DNA of 55,094 nt from a virus. Its lineage: Duplodnaviria; Caudoviricetes. The stretch spans positions 1 through 55,094 of the IMG/VR virus record IMGVR_UViG_3300035703_000122, one strand, 5' to 3'. Both the position numbers and the translations under genes were made by a program. Positions within the stretch are counted from its first letter, which is position 1. Each line of letters starts with the position of its first letter. A model generated the notes under the pieces. It saw only the letters and a program-made list of their open reading frames with translations. It ran no database searches and was not told where the DNA came from. Positions 7,112 to 17,204 of the stretch are shown in pieces.

Positions 7112-8516
7112 GGTCGCTTCGGCCTTTCACCAGTCTGTTGCTTTCGTTCGCGGCATCAAGGGGCCGGTGGGCAGCGGCAAGTCTTCGACCTGCTGCATGG
7201 AGATCATCAAGCACAGCTTGAAGCAGACGCCGTTCAATGGATGGCGCAAGGCTCGCTGGGCGGTGATCCGGAATACCTATCCTGAACTCAAGTCCACGAC
7301 GATCAAGACGTGGCAGCACTGGGTCAACGACGAGATCGCACCGGTCAAGTGGGATGCACCGATCACGTGCAGCATGAAGATCAAGGACTGCGGCGATGGC
7401 AACGGCCTCGACCTGGAGGTGATCTTCATTGCGTTGGACAAGGCCTCTGAGACCGGCAAGCTGCGCTCGCTGGAGTTGACGGGGGCTTGGATCAACGAAG
7501 CCTCGGAGGTTCCTCGCGAGGTCTTTGACATGGTCACGCAGCGGGTAGGGCGCTTCCCCGCGAAGTCGCATGGGGGTGGCCCGGTTCATCCTTGCGTGAT
7601 CATGGACACCAACCCGCCGGATGATGACCACTGGTGGTACAAGCTGGCGGAAGAGGACACCCCGCAAGGGTGGGAGTTCTTCGATCAGCCGGGAGGGCTG
7701 CTCCGCGTTCAGGACGGGGAGGATGTCAAGTACATCCCCAACCCGGAGGCCGAGAACATCTTCAACTTGCCGCAGGGGTATGAGTACTACCTGAAGATGG
7801 TCGGCGGCAAGACCGATGACTGGATCAAGATCTTCATCTTGGGCCAGTACGGCACGACTGCTGACGGCAAGCCGGTCTACCCGGAGTACAGCGACAAGAT
7901 CCATGTCGCGGATCAGGAGATCGAGGTCAACCGGAATTTGCCGGTCTACCTGGGCTGGGACTTCGGTCTCACGCCGTCTTGCATCATTGGACAGATGACG
8001 GCCAAGGGTCAGCTGGTGATCCTGGATGAGCTGATCGCGGAGGACATGGGCATACGCCAGTTCGCTGCGGAGATCGTCAAGCCGCTGCTGCTGAACAAGT
8101 ACGCGGGATGCAAGTTCGAGTCCTGGGGTGACCCGGCTGGCGTGAACCGATCGCAGACCGACGAGCGCACCTGTTACCAGGAGCTGCTGGAGGTTGGCAT
8201 CTACTCGGAGCCAGCCGACACGAACGACTTCATTCCTCGACGGGAATCTGTTGCGTTCTTCCTCAACAGGCTGGCCTCGGGTGAGCCTGGGTTTGTTCTG
8301 TCGCCGAACTGTCGACAGCTTCGCAAAGGCTTCCTTGGTGGATACCGCTACGAGCGACTGAAGGTCGCGGGTGAGCGTTACCGAGACAGGCCGGTCAAAG
8401 ATCGCTTCTCGCACCCTCACGATGCCTTGCAGTACTTGTGCTTGCGCGTGAGAAGCGGGACTCGGGTTGTGAAGGCCCGCAACATCGGGAGAGCGTCCAG
8501 CAAAGCATGGACTTGA
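7077..8516 (+). CDS. terL: Terminase large subunit
   Basis: Walker A GPVGSGKS, Walker B WINEA, coupling motif DTNP, nuclease GWDFG and HPHDA. Confidence 0.95.
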   Translation: MQQTIRYRPPGKVASAFHQSVAFVRGIKGPVGSGKSSTCCMEIIKHSLKQTPFNGWRKARWAVIRNTYPELKSTTIKTWQHWVNDEIAPVKWDAPITCSMKIKDCGDGNGLDLEVIFIALDKASETGKLRSLELTGAWINEASEVPREVFDMVTQRVGRFPAKSHGGGPVHPCVIMDTNPPDDDHWWYKLAEEDTPQGWEFFDQPGGLLRVQDGEDVKYIPNPEAENIFNLPQGYEYYLKMVGGKTDDWIKIFILGQYGTTADGKPVYPEYSDKIHVADQEIEVNRNLPVYLGWDFGLTPSCIIGQMTAKGQLVILDELIAEDMGIRQFAAEIVKPLLLNKYAGCKFESWGDPAGVNRSQTDERTCYQELLEVGIYSEPADTNDFIPRRESVAFFLNRLASGEPGFVLSPNCRQLRKGFLGGYRYERLKVAGERYRDRPVKDRFSHPHDALQYLCLRVRSGTRVVKARNIGRASSKAWT

Positions 8517-8527
8517 GAGACTAGAGA

Positions 8528-10531
8528 ATGTCGAATGTGTATCAGGTATCCGCACCCATCGAAGCCGATGTGAGTGCCGTCCAGCCGGAAGGTATGGACA
8601 ACTCCGACCTGATTTCCAACGGCATCTCTGGTCACATCACGACTTGCTGGAACAAGGCCAAGTTCGCCAAGCAGCGCATCACGGAGCGTCTGTTGCAAGC
8701 GGAGCGCCAGCGCCGGGGTGAATACGACCCGGACAAGGCGCAGGAGATCGCCCAGACCGGCGGCAGCGACATCTACATGATGGTCACTGATGTGAAGTGC
8801 AGTGCCGCCCGCTCGTGGATTCTGGATGTGATGTTCCAGGCCGACCGCGCGTTTGACTGCGAGCCTTCACAGTTGCCGCAGATCCCGCCCGAGGTCAAGA
8901 TGTCCATCGTTGACTTTGTGCGGATGGAAGCCGAGGCCTACCTCCAACAGGGTCAACAGATCCATCCCGAGGCGTTCAGAACGCGCCTGGAAGAAGTCCA
9001 CGACTCTGTTCTGCTGAAGGTGCGGGAAGAGGCCAAGGACTCAGCTGAGCGCATGGCCCGCCTGATCCAGGATCAGATGACCGAGGGTGGCTACAAACGC
9101 GCCATCGAGGATTTTGTTGACGATTTCGTCACCTATCCCACCGCCGTATTGAAGGGGCCGACTGTCCGCAAGAAGCGCCGTCTGACCTGGGGCGAGAACT
9201 TCACCCCGATCGTGGTCAACGACTACTTCCGCGAGGTCGAGCGGGTGTCGCCTTACGACATCTTCCCCTCGCCGAACGCCGCGAATGTCGATGATGGGTA
9301 TCTCATACAGCGACATAGACTTTCCGTAAAGACCCTTGAATCGCTTCGCGGCGTACCTGGTTATTCGGACGGCGACATCGACGCCGCTATCGAGCGGTAC
9401 GCTCACAGCGGTCTGCGGTACATGGAGTACGGCGACCAGCAGCGCGACAACTTGCAGAACAAGTACCACTCGCGCTTGCATCAAGACCATGTGATCGAGG
9501 CCCTGGAGTTCTGGGGGCCGGTGATGGGTTCCATGCTCCTTGAGTGGGGCATGAAGGGCGTCGAGCCGAACAAGACCTACGAGGTCAATGCGTGGCAGGT
9601 CGGCTCTTTCGTCATTAAGTGCGTGATCAACCCGGATCCGCTGGGCCGTCGCCCCTATGAGATCGCCTCCTGGCGCAGCATCCCCGGCGCGTTCTGGGGA
9701 ACGGCATTGCCGGAGATCATGCGCGATGTGCAGATGATGTGCAACGCATCGGCTCGCGCATTGGCAAACAACATGGGGATTGCCTCTGGCCCCCAGGTGG
9801 ATGTGGCGGTTGACCGTCTTGCTGACGGTGAAGAGCTGACCCAGATGTACCCCTGGAAGATCTGGCAGACCACATCTGATCGCACGGGCGGTGGACAACC
9901 GGCTGTTCGCTTCTTCATGCCCGACATGAAGGCCGCTGAACTGATCGGGGTCTACAACCAGTTCATCAAGCAGGCCGATGAGGTCACCGGGATCCCCGCG
10001 TACCTGTACTCGGGCAGCACCGGCTCTGGCGCTGGACGGACGGCTTCCGGTCTGTCGATGCTGATGGACAACGCCGCCAAGGGCATCAAGTCCGCCATCA
10101 TGTCCATTGACCGCGTGGTGCAAATGGTCGTGGAGCGGTTCTATGTCCACAACATGATGTTCAACCCTGATCCCTGGATCAAGGGTGACTTCAAGATCGT
10201 GGCTCGCGGTGCGATGGGTCTGATCCAGAAGGAAGCCATCAATGTCCGCCGCAACGAGTTCATGGCTGCCACGGCCAACCCGGTTGATCTACAGATCATG
10301 GGGCCGGAGGGTCGTGCCTATCTGTTGCGCGAACAGGCCAAGGGCCTCCAGATGGACACGGACAAGATTGTCCCGACCACCGATCGCATGAAGTTCAAGG
10401 CTGAACAGGTTCAACAGGCCATTGAGGCGCAACAGAGCATGGGTCAGCCGCAACAGATTGCTGCGCCGACCGAGGATGTTGGCGGCCCCGAGGCCATGAA
10501 CACCGTGCAGCCGCAGGCTGCGCTTGCGTAA
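8528..10531 (+). CDS. Portal protein
   Basis: 667 aa directly after terL, with RVSPYDIFP, FWG and RTASGLSML portal-type motifs. Confidence 0.9.
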   Translation: MSNVYQVSAPIEADVSAVQPEGMDNSDLISNGISGHITTCWNKAKFAKQRITERLLQAERQRRGEYDPDKAQEIAQTGGSDIYMMVTDVKCSAARSWILDVMFQADRAFDCEPSQLPQIPPEVKMSIVDFVRMEAEAYLQQGQQIHPEAFRTRLEEVHDSVLLKVREEAKDSAERMARLIQDQMTEGGYKRAIEDFVDDFVTYPTAVLKGPTVRKKRRLTWGENFTPIVVNDYFREVERVSPYDIFPSPNAANVDDGYLIQRHRLSVKTLESLRGVPGYSDGDIDAAIERYAHSGLRYMEYGDQQRDNLQNKYHSRLHQDHVIEALEFWGPVMGSMLLEWGMKGVEPNKTYEVNAWQVGSFVIKCVINPDPLGRRPYEIASWRSIPGAFWGTALPEIMRDVQMMCNASARALANNMGIASGPQVDVAVDRLADGEELTQMYPWKIWQTTSDRTGGGQPAVRFFMPDMKAAELIGVYNQFIKQADEVTGIPAYLYSGSTGSGAGRTASGLSMLMDNAAKGIKSAIMSIDRVVQMVVERFYVHNMMFNPDPWIKGDFKIVARGAMGLIQKEAINVRRNEFMAATANPVDLQIMGPEGRAYLLREQAKGLQMDTDKIVPTTDRMKFKAEQVQQAIEAQQSMGQPQQIAAPTEDVGGPEAMNTVQPQAALA

Positions 10532-10543
10532 CGGAGCAAGAAG

Positions 10544-10912
10544 ATGATGAAGCCGATGAAGAAGAAGGGCGTGATTCCCGCAGGCTACGCCGATGGCGGC
10601 AAGGTCAAGCCCTTTGGCGGCAAGCAAACACCGGCCGAAGAGCGCAAGGAAGCCATGATGGTTCGCTCCGGCAAAGTCTCCCCCGAGCAGTACGCACGGA
10701 TGGAGAAGGCCGAGGGTGACTCAAAGTCGATGGCCGCGCTCAAGGCCAAGGGCCAGAAGCTCGCCAGCGGCAAGATGAGCGCCGCTGAGTACGCTGATAA
10801 GGCGACCGGCGAGCCGAAGAAGATGGCTGACGGTGGTTATGTTGGCGGCAAGTCGATGGGCTGCGGCCCTGGCTATGTGGCCGACTGGAACCGCCAAGCC
10901 ATGAAGAAGTGA
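10544..10912 (+). CDS. Lys/Met-rich hypothetical protein with two ADGG motifs
   Basis: YADGG and MADGG motifs, plus an internal duplication SGKVSPEQYA / SGKMSAAEYA. Confidence 0.7.
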   Translation: MMKPMKKKGVIPAGYADGGKVKPFGGKQTPAEERKEAMMVRSGKVSPEQYARMEKAEGDSKSMAALKAKGQKLASGKMSAAEYADKATGEPKKMADGGYVGGKSMGCGPGYVADWNRQAMKK

Positions 10913-11145
10913 TGCTGAAGAAGCCGTCACCGCAAGTTCTGACTGCCCTCGCTCACCTAGAGGGCAATCTGTCTTTTGAGACTGTCCGATCCTGGCTTGA
11001 GGAATCTTTGCAAGACCTGTATCGCAACTCTGCAACCACCAAGGACGATGTCCTGAGTCGCTGGCAGCAGGGTGGCGCACAGGCTGTTGAGCATTTCCTG
11101 TCCACAGCCAAGGATGCCAAGGAAGTCATCCGCAAGTCGCGGTAA
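10912..11145 (+). CDS. Small head-module protein (post-portal, Bbp19-like position)
   Basis: 77 aa helical protein with RWQQG, lying between portal and scaffold. Confidence 0.7.
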   Translation: MLKKPSPQVLTALAHLEGNLSFETVRSWLEESLQDLYRNSATTKDDVLSRWQQGGAQAVEHFLSTAKDAKEVIRKSR

Positions 11146-11280
11146 CTGAAGTCAGCAGATTTCAGTTAGCGGCATCTGCCGCAAACAGCGCCAGTCTGTT
11201 CACTGGCACCGTTGAACACCGAACGAATCGCTCGAACACCGCGAGGCTCGAATGCGACCGTCTCGGCTCACGGAGTTTTA

Positions 11281-12171
11281 ATGTCTCTACCACGCGCAGT
11301 CCTGGAGGCCGAAGAACGGGCCAACAGGCTTCAAGAAGAACTGCTGAAGCAGCAACCCACCGAGGGCGATGCAACTCCAGGCGAAGGCCAGGAAGCAGCG
11401 CCGGAACCCCAAGCCACCCCAGGCGACTCCACACCTCAGCCCGCTACCGGAGCGGATGATCAGTTGGAACACCGCTACAAGGTTTTGCAAGGCAAGTACA
11501 ACTCGGAAGTACCTCGGCTCGCATCAGAGAACCGGGAACTGAAGGCGCAACTTCAATCCTTGACCGAACAGGTTGAGAAGCTGAAGGCCGCACCGCCGGA
11601 ACCGCTGGTCAAACCAGAAGAGATCGAAGAGTACGGCGAAGGCCTCGTCGATCTGGCCCGACGCATTGCTCGCGAAGAGTTGATGCAGAAGGACAGTGAG
11701 ATCGAGTCGCTGAAGTCGAAGATCGAATCGCTCTCCAATGTGACGACCCAGAAGGTTGAGTCGGACTTCTTCAAGTCCCTGACCGAAATGGTTCCTGACT
11801 GGAAAGAGGTCAACCAAGACCCCAAGTTTCTGACTTGGTTGGATGAGGTTGATGAGCTGACCGGACAGACCAAACAGGATCTGTTGACAGCCGCCGAGCG
11901 TGCGCGGGATGCAGTGCGTACCGCGAAGTTCTTCACCGCGTTCAAGAAGACATCTTCATCGTGGGCGGCGAGCAGCGCCCAGTCGCTTGAATCTCAAGTT
12001 GCCCCGGCAACGAGCCAGAACTCCCCGGCTCCCCCGTCCAAGAAGGTTTGGACTCGGGGCGAGGTGGCCGAGTTCTATGCCCGCATCCGGCGCGGCGAGG
12101 TCAGCGACAAGGACGCAATCGCCATTGAAGCGGACATTCATGCCGCTCAGATCGAGGGTCGTATTCGATGA
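11281..12171 (+). CDS. Capsid scaffolding protein
   Basis: Acidic coiled coil with YKVLQGKYN, PDWKEVNQDPKFLTWL and C-terminal EGRIR. Directly upstream of the capsid gene, with GGAG RBS. Confidence 0.85.
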   Translation: MSLPRAVLEAEERANRLQEELLKQQPTEGDATPGEGQEAAPEPQATPGDSTPQPATGADDQLEHRYKVLQGKYNSEVPRLASENRELKAQLQSLTEQVEKLKAAPPEPLVKPEEIEEYGEGLVDLARRIAREELMQKDSEIESLKSKIESLSNVTTQKVESDFFKSLTEMVPDWKEVNQDPKFLTWLDEVDELTGQTKQDLLTAAERARDAVRTAKFFTAFKKTSSSWAASSAQSLESQVAPATSQNSPAPPSKKVWTRGEVAEFYARIRRGEVSDKDAIAIEADIHAAQIEGRIR

Positions 12172-12202
12172 CCCAATTCAACAATTCAAGGAGTGATTCC
12201 AA

Positions 12203-13114
12203 ATGTCTTTCCCCGTAGCATCCGGCCGCACCCAGTACAGCGGCAACTTCATCCCCGAAATCTGGTCGGGCAAGCTCCAGGTCAAGTTCTACAAGACCAG
12301 CGTGTTTGCTGAGATCGCCAACACCGATTGGGAAGGCGAGATCAAGGGCCAGGGCGACAAGGTTCGCATTCGCACCATCCCCACCATCACGATCAACAAC
12401 TACGCCAAGGGCGACAACCTGACCAATCAGGTGCCCGACAGCGCCCCGGTCGAGTTGAACATCGACAAGGGCAAGTACTTTGCCGTGGTGTTGGACGATG
12501 TGGATGCCACCCAGGCCGATGTCAAGCTGATGGACATCTTCACCAACGATGCCACCGAGCAGATGAAGATCGCCATCGACGGCGACATCCTGAACGGCGT
12601 GAAGGCTGCTGCCGCCACCGCCAACAAGGGTGCCACCGCTGGTGCCATCTCCGGCAACATCAACCTGGGCACCGATGCCGCTCCCCGCGCCATCAGCAAG
12701 TCCAACGTCCTGGACATGATCCTGGACGCTGGTCAAGTGCTGGACGAGCAGAACGTCCCCGAGACGGGCCGCTTCCTGGTGATCCCCGCTTGGGTGGCCG
12801 CGATGGTCAAGGGTTCGGAGCTGCGTCAGGCCTACCTGACCGGTGACGACACCTCCGTCCTGCGCAACGGCAAGCTCGGCATGATCGACCGCTTCACGGT
12901 CTATGTGTCGAACAACCTGCCCAAGACCGCTGACGGCGACTCGTTCCTGATGGCTGGCACCAAGGACGCCATCACCTTTGCTTCGCAGATGACGAACGTC
13001 GAGACCCTGCGCGCTCAGTCCACTTTCGGCAACATCGTCCGTGGTCTGAACGTGTACGGCTACAACGTCATCAAGCCCGAGGCTCTGGTGAACATGGTTG
13101 CCGTGAAGGCCTAA
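12203..13114 (+). CDS. Major capsid protein
   Basis: FIPEIWSGKL, GDKVRI, LDEQNVPETGRFLVIP and VRGLNVYG. Strong RBS and biased codon use. Confidence 0.95.
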   Translation: MSFPVASGRTQYSGNFIPEIWSGKLQVKFYKTSVFAEIANTDWEGEIKGQGDKVRIRTIPTITINNYAKGDNLTNQVPDSAPVELNIDKGKYFAVVLDDVDATQADVKLMDIFTNDATEQMKIAIDGDILNGVKAAAATANKGATAGAISGNINLGTDAAPRAISKSNVLDMILDAGQVLDEQNVPETGRFLVIPAWVAAMVKGSELRQAYLTGDDTSVLRNGKLGMIDRFTVYVSNNLPKTADGDSFLMAGTKDAITFASQMTNVETLRAQSTFGNIVRGLNVYGYNVIKPEALVNMVAVKA

Positions 13115-13151
13115 CTAGGCAGTTGCCCCACGGTCACAAGCCGTGGGCTTT

Positions 13152-13190
13152 ACGCCCCTTCCCCTAAGACGGGAGGGGGCGTTTCTCTTT
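13152..13190 (+). terminator. Intrinsic terminator after the capsid gene
   Basis: ACGCCCCTTCCC...GGGAGGGGGCGT stem followed by TTCTCTTT. Confidence 0.7.
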
Positions 13191-13200
13191 GGGTGAACCA

Positions 13201-13395
13201 ATGAGACTGATGCGAAACAAGCGTACTGGCAAGACTGCTGTGTACGACGAAACGATTGTGGCCCAGGGTTCTTGGGAGCCTGTTGAGGCACAGACCACCT
13301 CCAAGTCGCCGACTGCTGATCAGGTCAAGGCTGGAGACACCGTAGAGATTTCCGTAAAGAAGAGCAACGGTGAAAGCGTCAAACGTAAAGCGTGA
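13201..13395 (+). CDS. Hypothetical protein
   Basis: MRLMRNKRTGKTAVYDE..., in the operon direction. Confidence 0.55.
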   Translation: MRLMRNKRTGKTAVYDETIVAQGSWEPVEAQTTSKSPTADQVKAGDTVEISVKKSNGESVKRKA

Positions 13396-13681
13396 AGGCG
13401 GCAAGGTCGTCTATCGCGGACATGAGTTCCCTGGCTTCAACAAGCCGGTGAACGCGCCCGCCGGAGCCAAAGAAAAGAAGATGGTTCTGGCAAAGAAGGG
13501 CGACGAAGTGAAGCTGGTGCGGTTCGGCCTACGTGGCATGGAGGACTACACCCAGCATCGAGACCCAGACCGTCGGAAAAACTATCTTGCCCGATCCGCA
13601 GGGATCAAGGACAAGAACGGCAACCCGACGAAAGACGATGTGTTCAGCGCGAATCACTGGGCCAGAAAAGTTCTTTGGTGA
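13370..13681 (+). CDS. Basic conserved phage protein
   Basis: KLVRFG, RRKNYLARS and SANHWARKVLW, a family pattern seen in many phages. Confidence 0.75.
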   Translation: MKASNVKREGGKVVYRGHEFPGFNKPVNAPAGAKEKKMVLAKKGDEVKLVRFGLRGMEDYTQHRDPDRRKNYLARSAGIKDKNGNPTKDDVFSANHWARKVLW

Positions 13682-13689
13682 GGTAGGGA

Positions 13690-14379
13690 ATGCTTGCAAG
13701 CGACATCATCACTCGCGCCCGTATCGTGTTGAACGATGCTGACGGCGTCCGCTGGCTCGACAACGAACTGATCGCGTGGATCAACGACGGCCAGCGCGTG
13801 ATTGCGCTTGTGCGGCCTGATGCCGCTGTAGCGAACACATCTCTGGCCCTGGCGGCTGGAACCAAGCAGACCATTCCCAGCGATGGCTTGCGCCTGTTGG
13901 ATGTGATGCGCAATGTTGGCGCTGACGGCTCTGGTGGCCGATCTGTTCGCCATGTCGATCGCGACATCCTGGATACGCAGAACCCCTCCTGGCACACCGA
14001 GTCTGGTCAGGTCACGGTCAAGAACTATGTTTACGACAACCGCGACCCCAAGACTTTCTATGTCTACCCACCTGCAGCCGCAGGCGCACGGCTGGAGATC
14101 ATGTACTCAAAGAACCCGACGGACGCGACAACGGCCTCGTCTGTTCTTGCGGTCGCCGACATCTACGCCGACCCGCTGCTGAACTATGTTCTGTACCGCG
14201 CCTACAGCAAGGACGCCGAGTTCGCCCAGAACTTCCAGCTTTCCGGCACATACCTCCAGGTGTTCCAGGCGATGCTTGGCATCAAGACATCCAAGGATGC
14301 GGCCTTCTCACCTGATCTGAACAGTCGCGGCAAGACGACCGCTCCTAGCGCCGCCGCACTGCAACTGGGTGGCGTGTGA
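13690..14379 (+). CDS. Head-tail adaptor (DUF6682-like)
   Basis: VRWLDNELIAWINDGQR, FYVYPP and LLNYVLYRAYSKD. Confidence 0.8.
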   Translation: MLASDIITRARIVLNDADGVRWLDNELIAWINDGQRVIALVRPDAAVANTSLALAAGTKQTIPSDGLRLLDVMRNVGADGSGGRSVRHVDRDILDTQNPSWHTESGQVTVKNYVYDNRDPKTFYVYPPAAAGARLEIMYSKNPTDATTASSVLAVADIYADPLLNYVLYRAYSKDAEFAQNFQLSGTYLQVFQAMLGIKTSKDAAFSPDLNSRGKTTAPSAAALQLGGV

Positions 14380-15035
14380 TGGCGACGGCCTACGACGACT
14401 TCCTGTCCAGGGTGTTGCCGGAAGTTCCTGGTTGTCCAGAGCTGGCGGCGATTCAGGCTTTGCAGGACACCACCATTGAGTTCTGTGAGCGCTCCCTGAT
14501 TCATCAGGTGGATCACGACCCGATCTCGGTGGTTGCCAAGATTGCCGACTACGACCTGGAGTCGCCTGTGAGCAAGACCCGAGTCACCAAGGTGATGAAG
14601 GCCTTCTTCAAGGGCAACGAACTGATTCCCGCTGCGCCGGATCAGGTTCGCGACCCCACCATCTACAACCAGCGTATCGGCGGCACGCAGACCAACCACA
14701 GCGACCCGAGGTTCTTCATTCAGAAGGACAGCGCCTCGATCTCGCTGATGCCTATTCCTGCCGAGTCGCTGGCTTCTGCGCTGACCCTTCGCGTTGCGCT
14801 TGTTCCGCTGCGAAGCGCCACCACCTGCGAAGACTTCCTGTTCGAGCAGTGGGCGGAAGTCATTGCGTCGGGCGCTGTGGCTCGTCTGTTGGTTGACTCC
14901 AATCGACCGTACAGCAACCCGCGTGTCGCCGGGATTCATCAGGCTCGATTTGTCAGCGGCATCAATGATGCCAAGCAGAAAGCCAACCGTGGCTACAACA
15001 GATCGAACCTAAGCGTTCAGATGCGGAGGATCTGA
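14379..15035 (+). CDS. Adaptor / tail tubular A-like virion protein
   Basis: VLPEVPGCPE...IEFCERS and IASGAVARLL, by position. Confidence 0.7.
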   Translation: MATAYDDFLSRVLPEVPGCPELAAIQALQDTTIEFCERSLIHQVDHDPISVVAKIADYDLESPVSKTRVTKVMKAFFKGNELIPAAPDQVRDPTIYNQRIGGTQTNHSDPRFFIQKDSASISLMPIPAESLASALTLRVALVPLRSATTCEDFLFEQWAEVIASGAVARLLVDSNRPYSNPRVAGIHQARFVSGINDAKQKANRGYNRSNLSVQMRRI

Positions 15036-15036
15036 G

Positions 15037-15366
15037 ATGGCCGAGAAGATTAGGTTGGTACAGGGCGACACCCGCCCACAGATCCAGGTCACGCTGACAG
15101 ACGAGAACACCGGTCAGGTGATCGACATCACGAACGCAACGTGCCTGCTGAAGTTCCGCGCTGTCGGATCGGCCACCCTGGTTGACACCATCACGGGCAT
15201 CGTCACCGATGGCCCTGGCGGCAAGGTCGTGTTCGCTTGGAATGCGAACTCGCTGAACGTCGATGCCGGTGACTACGAGGGTGAGGTCGAAGTCACGTTC
15301 CCCTCTGGTGGTGGACGGCAGACCGTCTACGAGCTGCTCAAGTTCAAGGTGCGTGAGGACTTCTGA
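15037..15366 (+). CDS. BppU N-terminal-like Ig-fold virion protein
   Basis: LVQGDTRP...VIDIT...GDYEGEVEVTF pattern. Confidence 0.7.
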   Translation: MAEKIRLVQGDTRPQIQVTLTDENTGQVIDITNATCLLKFRAVGSATLVDTITGIVTDGPGGKVVFAWNANSLNVDAGDYEGEVEVTFPSGGGRQTVYELLKFKVREDF

Positions 15367-16703
15367 TGCGCTTTGATGCAGCCCTGGTCAGACTCAAGGC
15401 GGCTACCGTCTACGTCAAGCTGACGGCAGCAGCCTCAGCTCAGGGCATCAGCGCGTCCGCTCGCTACACCTACCTCAAGGCCGCTGCGCTTGTCGGCGAC
15501 TTCGTCAAGTTCGTCTCTGTCGACGACACGGCCACCACTACCGACGCTGCGCGGATTGCCTTGAACAAGGCGCTACAGGATGCGGCCTCCGCCCTGGATA
15601 GTGCGGTCAAGTCGCTATCAAAAGTCACACAAGAACAGACTCATGCAACAGATCTTGCCAGGACAGCTTTCGGAAAATCTGTTGCCGATCTGTCTAATGT
15701 TTCGGAGTTTCTTAACAGGTCTGTTGGCAAGGCGTTAAGCGACGCGATCGGCACCAGCGACGCCAAGGCCCTGTCTGTTGCGAAGGCTTTGGTTGACGCT
15801 GTTGGCGCTTCTGACTCGCTCGCAAAGACCGTTCAGTATTTCCGCTCGCTGGCCGACTCGGCGCAGACGTCCGAGGCCACGTCGTTCTCTGTCGGCAAAG
15901 CGTTGAGCGATGTCGGCGTGACGTCGGATGAGCTGGCTCGCAGTACCAGCAAGCCACTGGCCGACGCTGCTGCGCCCAGCGACGTCGCGGCCAAGACAAC
16001 CTCCAAGCCGCTGTCGAGCTTCAGTACCGCATCGGATCTGCTGGAGAAGTTCGTCGACTACGTTCGCGGACTGTCCTCCTCGGCGTCGACCGCAGACACC
16101 AGTCGCCGCGACGTCGGCAAGTCTCTGGCGGATCAGGCCACGTCTGCCGATCTGTTGGCCCGCTCCCTGGACAAGATGCTGGCCGATAGCGTCATGGCGC
16201 TCGACGACCTGAACGGCGCAGCGGCTGACGACGAGCAGACGATCCAGTTCGTGAAGGTGTTGACCAATGTTGCCCACACGGCGGACACCATCTCGATCGC
16301 AACCACTTACCTCCGCCAGTACGCCGACGCCGCAACAGCCAATGACTCGGCGACCCGCGCATTCACCAAGCTGCTGTTCGACTCTGTGGTCGCAACAGAA
16401 GACATCGCCGTAGGCCGTCAGATCAACACCGATCCGGGAGAAGCAACCGCTGCATCTGACGCTCTGGCCTTTGCTCTGGCGAAGCAGCTCACAGACTCCA
16501 TCGTCGCAGCCGATCTGGCTGCAAAAGCAATCTCGAAGGCTTTCACCGAATCGGTGGGGCAGTGGGATGCCGCAGTGAAAACTGCGGGGAAGGGCTTGAC
16601 CGAGGGCGTCTCATCCTCCGACTCAGGGAACCTGTTTGGTCAAGGGTACGCCAGCGAGGACTACTTCGCTGAGCGGTATGTTGGGTATGAACGCACTTTT
16701 TGA
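15366..16703 (+). CDS. Repetitive Ala/Ser/Asp-rich virion protein
   Basis: About 19-aa repeats of type K-x-L-x-D-x4-S-D. Confidence 0.75.
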   Translation: MRFDAALVRLKAATVYVKLTAAASAQGISASARYTYLKAAALVGDFVKFVSVDDTATTTDAARIALNKALQDAASALDSAVKSLSKVTQEQTHATDLARTAFGKSVADLSNVSEFLNRSVGKALSDAIGTSDAKALSVAKALVDAVGASDSLAKTVQYFRSLADSAQTSEATSFSVGKALSDVGVTSDELARSTSKPLADAAAPSDVAAKTTSKPLSSFSTASDLLEKFVDYVRGLSSSASTADTSRRDVGKSLADQATSADLLARSLDKMLADSVMALDDLNGAAADDEQTIQFVKVLTNVAHTADTISIATTYLRQYADAATANDSATRAFTKLLFDSVVATEDIAVGRQINTDPGEATAASDALAFALAKQLTDSIVAADLAAKAISKAFTESVGQWDAAVKTAGKGLTEGVSSSDSGNLFGQGYASEDYFAERYVGYERTF

Positions 16704-16711
16704 GGATCAAC

Positions 16712-17161
16712 ATGAACACCAATGAAATCATCAAGGCCACCGGCCAACTGACCATCAAGGTCACCGCCCCCGACGGCTCCGTCAAGCACGAAGAGACGGT
16801 CAAGAATCTGGTTGTGACCAGTGGTCTTGGCTTCATCGCTTCGCGCATGAAGGACGCCACCGCCGCTGTCATGAGCCACATGGCGATCGGCGCTGGCACC
16901 ACTGCTGCTGCCCTGGGCCAGACCGGTCTGGTCACCGAGTCCGCTCGCGTGGCACTGACCTCGACCACGGTCACCGGCAACCAAGTGGCCTACGTCGCCA
17001 CGTTCCCTGCTGGCACCCCTGCATCGCTGACCGCGATCACGGAAGCCGGTCTGTTCAACGACGCCTCCGCTGGCACGATGCTGTGCCGCACGGTGTTCGC
17101 TGCGGTGAACAAGGACGTGAACGACACGATGTCGATCACCTGGACTGTGACGATCTCCTGA
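16712..17161 (+). CDS. Virion structural protein (fibre-attachment type)
   Basis: NLVVTSG, HMAIGAG, ITEAGLFN and MLCRTVF...ITWTVT. Confidence 0.8.
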   Translation: MNTNEIIKATGQLTIKVTAPDGSVKHEETVKNLVVTSGLGFIASRMKDATAAVMSHMAIGAGTTAAALGQTGLVTESARVALTSTTVTGNQVAYVATFPAGTPASLTAITEAGLFNDASAGTMLCRTVFAAVNKDVNDTMSITWTVTIS

Positions 17162-17204
17162 TCTGAGCGCATCCAGGCAATCAACATCAACGAGGTCTAG
17201 GTAA

